From assembly GCF_006345805.1 (NCBI RefSeq), contig NC_043001.1, forward strand, positions 66,526,001 to 66,590,000: 64,000 nt of DNA, given 5' to 3'. Origin of the DNA: Octopus sinensis (Eukaryota). Position 1 is the first letter of the stretch. Each line of letters starts with the position of its first letter. Below, one piece after another: positions 37,600 to 51,459 of this stretch. A program made the position numbers and the translations under genes. A model generated the notes under the pieces. That model saw only the letters and a list, made by a program, of their open reading frames with translations. It had not been told where the DNA came from and searched no databases.

Positions 37600-38130
37600 A
37601 CAGCAAGATGTCTCCAATTATTCTGACTAGGCATAGTCAGCTGCATCTTTTCAGGGGATGCTAAGTTGCTTCAGATCTTCTTCGAAGGTTGTGCACCATG
37701 CCTTTTTGGGTCTCCCTCTCTTTCTTCATCCCTCTGCTGGTACCTTCTTCTGGCAGTTAGAAAACATGACCTACAAGTCTCTTCTTTATGCCACAATCTC
37801 CCTCTGGCTGTACAGATTGGCTCTTCTCAGGACTTCAAAGTTTGTGATTCAGTCCCTGTAAGTTACCTTGAGTATTCTGCATAGACACCATTGGTGGAAT
37901 GCATTCAATGTCTAAGTATCTTGGCAGTCATTTTTCAAGTTTCTCCTACATAAAATGTTGATAGGACAATGCTTTGGTACAACAGGATCTTCATATGGTT
38001 GCTAATTGAAGGGCTAGCTCAGGTCTTGTTCATTCCTCTGAAAGCTGCTGTTGCATGCTAGATTCTGGAGTTGACATCTGCTTCAGAAGCCCACTAGTAA
38101 TAATGCTACCCAGGTAGGTGAAGTGGACAT
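37600..38130 (-). mobile_element. RTE LINE fragment
   Basis: FTYLGSII.., GETWKMTAKILRHLNAFHQWCL.RILKV.Y.D.ITN.EVLRRA. Confidence 0.78.
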
Positions 38131-38569
38131 TAAAATAATAATATGATTATTGTTATCATTTATAGAGAAGTGATGTTGATTGAATTACTTCAGTATATTA
38201 TAGGTACTAATTTTGTTGATCATGGAATGTTTGACTGTAAAGTTAACTTTTATCAGATTTGAATTCAAAATACTTTGCTATTTAATCTTTACTTTTTACC
38301 ATTTCTTTCAAATTTGTCATTCTATTAATTAGACTAGTTAGTAAAAGTATTAGCATTATGATTGATCATATACACCTAATCCATGAAAATATGTGATGGT
38401 CAATGGCAAACTGGGTCTAAAAATATTGGTTGCCAGGAGACTAAGGGAGCCCACCCACAACTACAATGTTACCATTTAATTTTTATAATGAATAAATAAC
38501 ATTTTCCAAAAATACATGAGTAGAAACAAAACAGTGCAATTCAAATTTTTGTAAAAAAATGTATCATCA

Positions 38570-38815
38570 TCATCATCATCGTTTAGCGTCCGTTTTCCAT
38601 GCTAGCATGGGTTGGACGGTTCTACTGGGGTCTGTGAAGCCAGAAGGCTTCATCAGGCCCAGTCAAATCTGGCAGTGTTTCTACGGCTGGCTGCCCTTCC
38701 TAACGCCAACCACTCCGTGAGTGTAGTGGGTGCTTTTTACGTGCCACCCGCACAGGTGCCAGACGAGGCTGGCAAACGGCCACGAACGGATGGTGCTTTT
38801 TATGTGCCACCGGAT
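38570..38815 (-). mobile_element. RTE 3' UTR/tail copy with (GAT)n
   Basis: Same family as 14264-14917, with about one internal repeat unit. Confidence 0.85.
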
Positions 38816-39464
38816 ATTTTTCAATAATTACATTGTACATGTACTGTTCACATTACTGATAGTTTACAGTAATACCAACTGCAAATTCAGAATGAATTTT
38901 TTAATATTTTGGTGAATATGTAGTATCCTGTTATTTTGAAATTTTTTAAACAAAATGAAAATAAAGACCAATAAATTTATAAATCAATTTCATTATTTTT
39001 AATGAAGATTTTTTTTACAGTCAGAGATAGCTATGTTTTAAAATCATGGCATGATAGTCAATACTACATCTTCATACATATACATCATTTGTTTGTTTGT
39101 GTGCTCTTTACAAAAGAGATTTCTTTCAAACAGCTTGTTCATTTGTTGTTTTTAATTAAATGTACATATACCAAGAATTCTATCACCACCAGCCCATCTA
39201 AAAATAAAGGATAAATTTACATGATTTTGATTTCTTCTACTTTTAAAATTTTACTTCTTTCTATTATTCTTTTTCCCTGCTCTTGTCATTACATTTTTTT
39301 ATAAAGCCCTTGTAACATTTTTAAAATAGCAGTATATTATAGATATACCAATTTTTTAAAGTTTTAAATAATTGGTGGGTATTTTAAAATAGTTTACTTG
39401 TACTGCACACTTTACACATTAACAGATCGTTCAAATGTACAAAACTTGTAATACATTCAGTCCA

Positions 39465-39572
39465 CTATATTAAGAGCAATCGTTTGAGTTTTTCAATAAC
39501 TTCCTTCCCATAAGAACATTTTACAGAATGATGATGCAGAAAAGTAACACACATATGGTACATTGCTGGGAT
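39465..39572 (-). other. Candidate terminal coding exon (weak)
   Basis: Acceptor tttttttttgttgcttag| then IPAMYHMCVTFLHHHSVKCSYGKEVIEKLKRLLLI*, followed by unique AT-rich 3'-UTR-like sequence. No homolog recognised. Confidence 0.2.
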
Positions 39573-41169
39573 CTAAGCAACAAAAAAAAATTTGAAATTT
39601 AAATCCCTCCCTACCAACCAAGTGAGGCCATTAAAAGTATGCTGTTAAAATAACTTATCATCTAGATATCTTTTTTAAATGTATAGAATTAACCTAGTGA
39701 AATCCTAAATCCAACTATTTGAATGACTGAGTCCCAAAAATATATGAAATGAAAAATATGTAAAAATACTAACACACAGAACAACAGAAAAATATGTAAT
39801 ATACTAACACACAGAAGAATTAAAGCAAAACACGCAGGTTAAAACTATCTCGAAAAGTCAACATAGGCAACACTGAATCACAACACAGCATGCGGTTGCC
39901 ATGGTAACAAGCTGCTAATGCCATGCTGTCTGTTGATTGGCTAAAATTACACAAATTTCCCAACATTTATTCCAAATAACATCAGATTCTTTAATTTTCA
40001 AGATAAAGTAATTGGTTGATTGTAATCAAAATTCAGAGTTGCATTGATACACCAAAATTGAAAGCAATCTGAACAAAATTAAGTGGGGTTCATTTTGCAA
40101 ATGAGAAAGACTAGATCTGACAAAAGTTTACAAGACTTGAACTGTAGAATCACACATATTTTTGAAATACTTTCTACTTATTTTATCAGTAACCATTAAC
40201 TATTTCCATAAAATTATCTAGCATGTTATATAATGAAAGATTCCTATTATGTTCTTTATCTCATGAATGTTGTTCCATTAAAGTATGCACGTGTAAACGT
40301 AAATGATGTAGGTTAATAAAATATAAAAAATGTTCAAATATTAGTATGGTCATTCCTGTCTTCACATGCATCTTATCTAATTTTGTGAACTACCAATGAA
40401 AAATTATTAAAATACCACACTAAAAGCTAAATATAATTTAACCTTTTACCATTCAAATTACTGTGAAAGGTAATACTTATTGATTCACAGTGTTTTGAAT
40501 TGATTATATATTTCCTTTTAGCTTTGAGATTTTGATGATGTGCTTTGTTTATTTTTTGTGTGACACTGTAGAGTAGGTGTGGTAGGCTAGATCTGGCCAG
40601 TCTGAACAGAAAATAGGTAGAATCTTTGGGTCTGATATGGTTGGTTATGCTAATGTCAAAAGTTTGATAAAACACCTACCCTCTCTCTCTCTCTAATCTT
40701 CCTCCTACCAGAAATTCAATCAAAGCCTTTCATTTTTAGTCAGTTGATTTTATTGATTGGTTTATGTCATCTTTGTAAGGAAAGATCTCTTATCTACTTT
40801 ATGACCCTAAAACACATCCTTTTACTCTCTCCCCTAAAATGGTAACATCCTAGTTTTGTAACCCCATAACTCTACACTGTTGAAACTTTGGAAGAGATTG
40901 TTGTTGCAATTTTCTAATTCTATAAATACAAGCTGATAATTTTGATCTTGTACAGATGTGCCTGTGATTTTTTTGAAGGAAGCCAGATTGGTTTTCTCGA
41001 GGGATTTTACTTCCATTTCATTCTGTAAGAGCTATTCTTAATATTTCTTGACACTTCAAATACTATATTCCTTATGTAGGGGGAAAGGTAGAAGAAGAAA
41101 AGCTTGGATTAACTCTTGGGATTCCATACTTTTGTACATTATTATATTGCAAGTGGTAGTTGCAATATA

Positions 41170-41392
41170 TCTCTTATTATAAAAGGCAGATTTTATCTGC
41201 CTCCCTTTGTCTCTAAAAGAAATCTACAATATAGGATTTCTTCAATTACAATTTACCTAGCATTTTTAAGTGTAGAATAAATCGGGTCGTGCCAGGTCCG
41301 GTTTTTAAAATTTCAACCCCAATTAAGCAAAATTTAGAGAAAACTCACATTGTGGTGTGTAAATGAAGTGCTTTTCTTAGTGTGGGCTACAG

Positions 41393-41423
<31 letters not shown>

Positions 41424-42756
41424 AGCGATCTGCTTCACTCACGCTATCACCCTAATTTCTCCTCCTTTCTCTTTGCAAGTGTGCAACGATTAAAGTGAAA
41501 GTATTTATATAAAACGGATCACTCATGCTATCACCCTAATTTTTCCCACTTTCTCTTTGCAAGTGTACCTTAAACCACTACTAAAAAAAAAAACACAGCA
41601 AACAGAAACAAATAAATACATAACGATTTACTCCTCACACAATTTCTTCAATTAGAGTTTACCTATGATTTTTCAAAGTACTTCCATTCGGTCATGACAT
41701 ACAAAATTTCTTTCAATTTCACCCCCAATTAAGACAAAATTCGAGAAAACTCAATATTTTAACATTTCACTCTGAAAGCATTGATGTACATGTGTGCGTG
41801 CGTGAGTGTGTGTGTGTGTTTGATGGGGTGTGCAACACAGAAAGTGTGGTGTGTAAGTGAAGTGCTTTTGTTAGTGTGTGTAAAGAAACAGAGAGAGTAC
41901 ACATACCTACGTACACCTAAAGCACGCACACACACACAAGCGGAGCGCGAACTTCAAAAGAACTTCGCGCGCTATCTATCTGGTTTGCCATTCCTCACAC
42001 ACACGCATACACATACATATATGACAGTGACAAACACAAACGTTTCAAACAACTACATACAAACACGTGTGTGTTTGTTATTAGTAAAAAGGCGCCAAAC
42101 ACAACTCACTTCTCATTCGAACACATTTGCAAAAACACACCAATGGTCGAATTGCCATAACAATACAGAAAAGGTAAATTGGTTTTTTATTTACTTTCTG
42201 TCGTTAAATTTTGGTAGTATTAATTGGCGAGCGTACTTCTGTTGTCAATTGTTGACAGAAAGAAATTGTAAGCTAATAAGGTGTGTGTGTAGGAAGTGAA
42301 GGATAAAAATATTGCAAGAAGTGGACAGATGTACATATATACATCCATACATACATGTGTGTGTGTGTCTATGTATGTGTATTAATGTGTGTGTGTTATC
42401 TCTATATAAAGCTGAAGTTGTCTGTGTGCGCCACGTTTGGTAACCTTCAACTAACACTATCTCCTCCGAGACCCTGCGGCGCAAGTTGACCAAAATTGAG
42501 AGTATGATAGAAGAAGGGTTGCTCTTCCTTCCGTATAACATAAAATTCAAATCGGACCATATTAACACCAAAAATTATTTACATCAAAAAGCTGCTTTTT
42601 TCTATGAAAATCCCTATTTTTTACGATTTTTTCACTGCTGTGTCGCCACTTTTCGGTGTATTTCGACCAGAAAAATGTTCACAAAATTTTTACTTTTCAA
42701 AATTACAATTCCAGCGGGTCGAAACAAACCCGAGCAACGCCGGGCGATACTGCTAG
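41170..42756 (+). mobile_element. Non-autonomous Helitron, complete ends
   Basis: 5' A|TCTCTTATTATAAAAGG, 3' hairpin cccgagcaacgccggg (42729-42744) and CTAG (42753-42756)|T. Internal duplications. Confidence 0.88.
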
Positions 42757-42769
42757 TATATATATATAT

Positions 42770-43560
42770 ATATGATCATCATCTTCATTTAACATCTGTT
42801 TTTCATGCTGGCATGGATTGGATGGTTTGACTGGGGACTGGCAGGCCAGGAGGCCACACCAGGTTCCAATCTGATCTGGCAATGTTTCTACAGATGGATG
42901 CCCTAACTAATGCCAACCACTCTTAGAGTGTAGTGGGTGCTTTTTCATGCCACTGAAGCCAGTCGGGGGTGGGGACTGGTATCGACCATGTTCGGATGGT
43001 GCTTTTACGTTCCAATGGCACGGGGAAGCAGTCAGGCAATTCTGGCAGCGACCCACGAATGAATGGTGCTTATTGCATGCCACCAGCACTGATAATGGCC
43101 ACAACTACAATTTCCATTTGGTTTGATTTGATTTTGAGTTACTTGACTTAATAGGTCTTTCCAAGCACAGAATGTTGCCCAACGATTCAGAGGTACTTTT
43201 TAAATGGGTTGGTTCTGCAACACTGGTGTAGGCTACAGCTGTGATCTCACTTTCCTTGCTGGGTCTTCTCAATCACAGCATATCTCCAGAGGTCTTGGTC
43301 TCTCATCTTTGCTTCTATGAGGCCCACCGTTCGAAGGTTATGCTTCACCACCTCATCCCATGTTTTTCTGGGTCTCCCTCTTCCATGGGTTCCTTCCACT
43401 GTTAGGGAGTGACACTTCTTCACACAGCTCTCCTCATCCATACATAGCACATGACCATACCAGCGCAGTTATCTCTCTTGCACACCACATCTGATGTTTA
43501 TGTCAAACATTTCTCTCAGGGCGCTTACACACTGTCATGTGTGCACATTGACATTACACA
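42770..43560 (-). mobile_element. RTE LINE 3' end (ORF C-terminus, 3' UTR with tandem units, (GAT)n tail)
   Basis: ORF 43247-43450 VEGTHGRGRPRKTWDEVVK..DLWRYAVIEKT, continuing into the UTR seen at 14264-14917. Confidence 0.88.
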
Positions 43561-43562
43561 GA

Positions 43563-46135
43563 TTTTGATTTTGCTTCACCCAATCGGCAGTTATGTCAGA
43601 ATTATCATGTACTTGCAAAAAGGTAGATATATTAGTTGTCAAGGATGTTACAAATGTGAATGTACATGTGGAGATTATAAACGCAATGAAAATGTAAACA
43701 AACATGCCACAAAGAGAGTACGACTTATGGGAGGTGTCGGCACATGTAAAACAAATATGATTACAAGAAAACATAGTGTGTATACAGAACAAGAGGATTC
43801 TGAACCAGAAGTTAGCAATGCGTCATGAATTGTTTCAACAGTAGGGGCATTATATGAAGCATTTGGTTTAAAATCAGTGTCATCATTACTGGGAAAAACT
43901 AAATGTGAAAGTACCTGAATAGAAGACTTTAATGAAGCAGCTAATAAGCGACTTGTGAAACTAACCAGTACCATAATGAAAAAGTATGCTCTATCATTAG
44001 TCCATATGATGCCGAAGGCCTTATGAAAGCGGTTGCTAAAAACAAAGGAGAAGGTATTGTCAATGAAGGAAAATTAGCAGAACATATCATTAAAGTATAA
44101 GATGCATTGCCGAGAAATGTTTTACAAACTGATGCTGTTACGGTTCCATTAGCGGTATCCTTAGTTTCAAGTGTTTCGAAAGATCATTTTGGTATTAGTA
44201 TGAAGAAAATAGCTTCATTAAGATGAAAGTATAAACATATGGCAAGTAGAAAGCAGCTTACACCTTCCAATAGATCAATTAGATGATACGATCATGATCA
44301 AATGGAAGTTGCAGTGGAGCTTGTTTTGTCGGATGCTAATGTATGCCGAATCTGCCCAAGCTGATTAGGAAAAATGATACAACTATAATGCTATTTGATT
44401 ACAAAGAAACCATACCTCAAAATAAACAATTAGGCTCTACATCATTCCAGAAGATAGTCAAAACGTTAACTACCAAGGATCAAACAATTAAACAAGCAGT
44501 CGATTATGTGTCGGGAATATTAATGCATGATAATTTTGCACATTTGAAGACTGTGGTTGCTACCAGCGCCAAATCAGAATCTTTGACTGCTATTGTTAAT
44601 GGTTTAGAAGCTTACATTAAGACAACTTATGAGGGACACATTTCTACAAGTAGTGTCATGGATAAAGAGTTTTTTTTATCCATCTCTGGAGCAGAAATGA
44701 AACAATGTGGTGTTTGTTGCTTTCCCAAGCATGTAATACAATACATTAAATGGCATGTGAGCCCAGAACATGAAATTCTATTGAATGATGCTATGGAAAA
44801 ATTATATCTTTTATTTACATTTATGAGATGCTACGGTTGTTATGGATTTCAAAATGAAATTCGAAGCTATATACTATAGGGAAAAAACTACAGATTTTTA
44901 CACTAAGAAAGGGTCATCATGGCATGGAACCATGATGTATACAAGATACACCGCTGAAAAACGGCGTAATACTGAAAATTTAAAGGATTATCGTATCACT
45001 TTAATCACATTTCTACTGGGGATAGTAAGCAAGACTATGTGGCTGTTATGTCCTGTTTTGATGCAGCATGTAGACAAATATCGACCAAATTTCCATACAT
45101 TCGAAATCTTAATGTACAATTTGACAACGCAAGATTTCATAAGAAGAGAAACTTATTGTTTACATTATATAAAATTGCAGATAGATACAATTTTAAACTT
45201 TGTACTTTTGTACACACTGGTGTACAAGATAGTAAACAGTATCGACGCTCATTTTGCTACAGCTATGAGGCATCTAATATGGGTTCAGATGTTATAATTC
45301 CTGTTGAATTAGTTGATGCTTTAAATACTAGTGGCGGTGGAAGTAATACAGTGGAGGCCTGCTGTTGAAGAGTTTGAAAACTTGGAGATAATTGGAAAAT
45401 TACAAAACATAGATCATATGGAAGTACAGTTTGATTTGACAAGAAATTCTGCTTCAGTTTATGAAAATTCAAACTCACCACTGACAGCAACATACAACCT
45501 TATCAATGGCACTACGAACAACGTAAATGAAGGAAATTGTGAAAGCGAATCTGATGAAGATTGTGCTTCCAATGAAAATGAAATATTTGATACAGACACT
45601 GTTGAAGATACTGGTGTTGTAGAGAAAGGTAGAGGCAGCTTAACAAAATGTATTGTTTATAGCGTTGAGGGGAATATCCCAGAGAAGCATCGTATTGGAC
45701 TTGCTGTAGCATCAAATATTAATGATTTGGATATGGAATCAGACGATGAAAATCCTCTTCAATGTAATTTATGTTGTAGGGAATTTACAACTGCCTACAA
45801 AATGGAAATCCATAATTGCAAGGGTGCCTTTAGACAAGATTTAATCAGTCAAGCTATTGTTTATGCTAAAGATATATATTAACAGCATCAATTTGAGGTG
45901 ATTAATACTAGTTCAAACGTTTAAGAACTTAAGATGTTTGGTCCCATTCATGAAGCGATCCAGCATAATAATGAGTGTTGTGAATTTGAAACAGGATGAG
46001 CAAGAACAAGAAAGTACAGTAATAAGTATGGTCGAAAGTATGTGGATCCATTTAAACAAAACTGGGTCAAACTTCCATACTCTGAGTTGTGTAACGATTT
46101 TAAAAAAACTCAAAAAACAGGCACTTGCCTATTAG
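43563..46135 (+). pseudogene. Decayed DDE/D transposase, probably Sola (Sola3-like)
   Basis: Successive ORF pieces (44343-44879, 44842-45297, 45039-45368, 45331-45882) join across frameshifts. Motifs: DFKMKFEAIYYREKTTDFY.KKG.SWHG (D 44845), QFDNA (D 45123), HTGVQDSK..IDAHF (D 45244), GSDVIIP.ELVDAL..GG, an acidic tract and a CxxC..H zinc finger. Confidence 0.7.
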
Positions 46136-46159
46136 GTAATTGAATGGATGTATTATTAT

Positions 46160-46799
46160 TTGCATTAAATTAAATTATAAATTTAGTCTTATAACAGCCA
46201 ATTTATACTATGAAATTGTATTTATGCTGAAGAACTTTCTAATTACTGAGAGCTAAATTATCAATCATTGGTCATGGCTGAATGAAAAATGACTGTAAAA
46301 ACCCATATAATTTATGTACTTTTTTTGCAAAAATAAAAAATAAACTTTAGTGGGTGCATGAATTACATGAGTAGATTGCTTCCAGAATTTTTTTTTGTTG
46401 CAAAAAGATGTACAAGACGTAAACATTTTTTACCAGAAGTTGACTCATTTAATGTCAGAATGGGTTTTTTACAGCCGCTTCCGGCAGTTTTATTCTTGCA
46501 TTCAAATGCACAGTCAACATATTCAATTTTCCCTTCACAGTAAGTAATTCATAAGTTCTGCCCATACTGACAATAATGGTAATGACAAATTTTAAAGTTT
46601 GTTTAACATTTTATAAGTGTGGAAGGGATTAAAATTTCAGCAAACTTTCGTCTCGAGTAGACCTTTCCGTTGATTTCCGTAAAAAAAAATTTTTTTTTTT
46701 TACATATGGGCTTGCGGGAACTTTTGAAGTAATAAGAGCGAAAGAGACTAAGGGAAAGCGATTGTATGACGAGGGAAGTTCTTTTGAAGTTACCGTGCA

Positions 46800-46831
<32 letters not shown>

Positions 46832-48715
46832 GCCGATTCAGTTGTTTACATTATTTCGAGTTAAAACGAAAGATTACCTTTGCCTGTTTATGTAACGGTC
46901 TGCTATGTAGAAAATAATGAGGTTGACTCAATGGAATAATGACAGTGATCGAAGATATAGACAAATTTTTTTTTATTTAATCGTTATACATGCCTTGTCG
47001 ACTGCTACTGTGCAGCCTTAATGTCTCTGTTGATGTGACGATGGTGAAATGGTAAGAAAAAGACGGGAGAGTTATAAAATGAGGAGGAGATATTCTTCTC
47101 ATGAGAAAAGAGTTGCATGCAAAGGAAAAGGCTTTGAGCAAAAGGCTTCGTTTCACGTTACTACAATCGACACAGTTTTAAATGGGCAACCCTACCCGTC
47201 TAGCCTCAAGGTGGCATCACTCAGAAGCTACAACAATGTGAGGAAGCGCATTGTGACCAGCGATATGTAGCAACATCTGACAGTCTAGTCGGTACAGTGA
47301 TTTGTGTTGTTTTGAGACGAAGGGACAGTTCCGAAATGCCAAATTCCTCTTCTCCCCAGGGCACACGAACTCATCCAAACTTAAGAATCAACATGGCTTT
47401 GCTAAGTCAATTGATGTGTTTTCCATTTGACTTAAAACTTTTGTATAACGATTAAATAAAAAAAATTTTGTCTATATCTTCGATCACTGTCATTATTCCA
47501 TTGAGTCAACCTCATTATTTTCTACATAGCAGACTGTTACATAAACAGGCAAAGGTAATCTTTCGTTTTAACTCGAAATAATGTAAACACTGAATCGGCC
47601 ATACATACATACATACACATACACACATACATACACACACACATACATAGATACATACACACACACACATACATAGATACATACACACACACACATACAT
47701 GCATACATACATATACACATACATGCATACACACGCACGCACTACAAAAACCGAGTAAAAAATTTCAGTTATCTCTCTCTTTCACACATTACTCTCTCTG
47801 TCTCTTCACACACACTAACAGAAGCACTTCACTTACACAACATACTTTCTGTCTCCCACACCCCATCAAACACACATGTACATCAATGCTTCCCATGCAC
47901 GGTAACTTCAAAAGAACTTCCCTCGTCATACAATCACTTTCTCTTAGTCTCTTTCGCTCTGATTACTTCAAAAGTTCCCGCAAGCCCATATGTAAAAAAA
48001 AAAGAAGTTTTTTACGGAAATCGACGGAAAGATCTACTAGAGACGAAAGATCACCAAAATGGCAATATTTCAATACTCCGTATAAAAGGTTCTGACAAGA
48101 ATAGGCAGAAAATAATTCAGTTTATACAATCACTTTGATCGGTTACCTTCCTATGTCGGTTGAGCAAAATGTCATCCAAGCTGATGTGCAACACCTGTGC
48201 ATGTTTATCAGCTTGTTTTTTTTTCAGTAATTCTTATCAACAACTTTTCCTGTGATTGTGATTTGAGAAGACATAGAACATTATGCTAAAGATCAGACAT
48301 AATCTCTTGTGGGCAAGAAATGTAAAATAAAGTTTATTATAAACAACACAAACATTTTGTAATTTAATAGCTTTCATTGTGGTACCTGTTAAACAGAAAT
48401 AATTTTTATTTACTGAAAATTTAATAAAATCTAATCATAAGTAAGTGAAATTATGCTAAATACAACTAAATTGCTGCTGGCTATATCGGCAATTATGAAA
48501 ACTTTTGAATGCGAATTTTACATGAGCTTTTTTTAACAAATTTTATCGTGAAAATTACCTGCATAAATTACATGGGTGCACAAATTACATGGGTTTTTAC
48601 GGTTGTCATATACTTTTCCATTTAACCTTGTCTGGTGAAGGTTTTTCAGCATGGAACTATTCAGTAACATAAATTGGCTGTTATGAGATTAAATTTATAA
48701 TATTATTTAAATAAG
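46160..48715. repeat. Older degenerate inverted repeat enclosing the long-TIR element
   Basis: ttataaatttagtcttataacagccaattta...tgtaaaaacccatataattt (46160-46320) versus the reverse complement of 48540-48715. Confidence 0.65.
46600..48090. mobile_element. Non-autonomous element with long TIRs (left arm internally deleted)
   Basis: 46640-46800 is inverted with 47895-48050, and 46811-46990 with 47440-47620. About 450-bp unique spacer; the right arm has about 290 extra bp. Confidence 0.8.
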
Positions 48716-49374
48716 ACACACAATGTGTGTGCCTGAGAAAATTTAGTTTTTATTCACATCAAACTTATTTCTTAGCCTTAAGTTGGAAAAGACTGATTAA
48801 ATATTTTTTTCTGCTTGTAGATGATAATTCAATCATTTTAGGGTTAAACAACAAATTTTTCAAACCAATTCAAACACTTTTATAGTTTGTTTTATGTATT
48901 TAATTTATATTTAACAATTGCAATGTAATATTATTTGGTTAGGCTTCCAGAAAGCATTTTCTTCATATTTGCAGTGTTGACATTTTCAAATTGTTGCATC
49001 ACTTTAGCAAATGTTAAACTGGCTGTTAATAAAAAGTTCTTTTTAGTGACAAACTTGTTAACCAAGTGCTAAGTACCTACTACAATATTTTGTAGTAGGT
49101 AAAGTGGCTTGTAAATGTTGCAGTAAAGATTATTACATCCCCTGTGGGAATATTTCTGGTTTTCTAGTAGCAGCATAATGGTGTAGAAAATCGCAGATTT
49201 TTTTTTAAAGGAAAGAATCACTTGTTCAGATTGGAATTGTCTGCTTTAGTGTTATATGAAAATGTAAGACACTACTGTTAGAATTCCATGTCAGCATGGA
49301 AAAATTGGATGTAAAACTACGATCACACCCCCACAATATACCTATGTGCATAAGTGTGTGTGTGTGTGTATATA

Positions 49375-49540
49375 TCATCATCATCATCATCATCATCATC
49401 GTTTAACGTCCGTTCTCCATGCTAGCATGGGTTGGACGGTTCGACCGGGGTTCTGGGAAGCCAGAAGGCTGCACCAGGCTCCAGTCTAATCTGGCAATGT
49501 TTCTACAGCTGGATGCCCTTCCTAACGCCAACCACTCCGT
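49375..49540 (-). mobile_element. RTE 3' tail copy with (GAT)n
   Basis: (cat)n-gtttaacgtccgttctccatgctagcatggg, truncated into (TA)n. Confidence 0.85.
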
Positions 49541-49592
<52 letters not shown>

Positions 49593-49810
49593 GGCTGTTT
49601 TGTTATCAATATTGCTTTACCATATGTACATGCATTATATTTTAACAAATATCATCTGTTAATTATACAACAAATGAATCTTTAATTAAAATGCAAGAGG
49701 GTATTTTGTTTTATTTTGCATAAGAACATTATGATTTTGCGAGTGGGAGGTGTAAATCAATGCAATTGATTCATAATATTGATATGTATAATGACATATT
49801 TACCCACCAA

Positions 49811-51394
<1,584 letters not shown>

Positions 51395-51459
51395 TATATA
51401 TATATTCACAGGTGAGTGGGTGCATTACTTAACCATTTGATAATAGGAGAATCACTTAA

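Noticed and set aside
40956-41024. Plus-strand 69-nt exon candidate
   Set aside because: The donor is modest and no peptide is recognised; the region may instead be the displaced upstream part of the decayed transposase.
43451-43562. N-terminal part of ORF 43451-43828
   Set aside because: It is antisense of the RTE fragment; only the sequence from about 43563 belongs to the transposase-like region.
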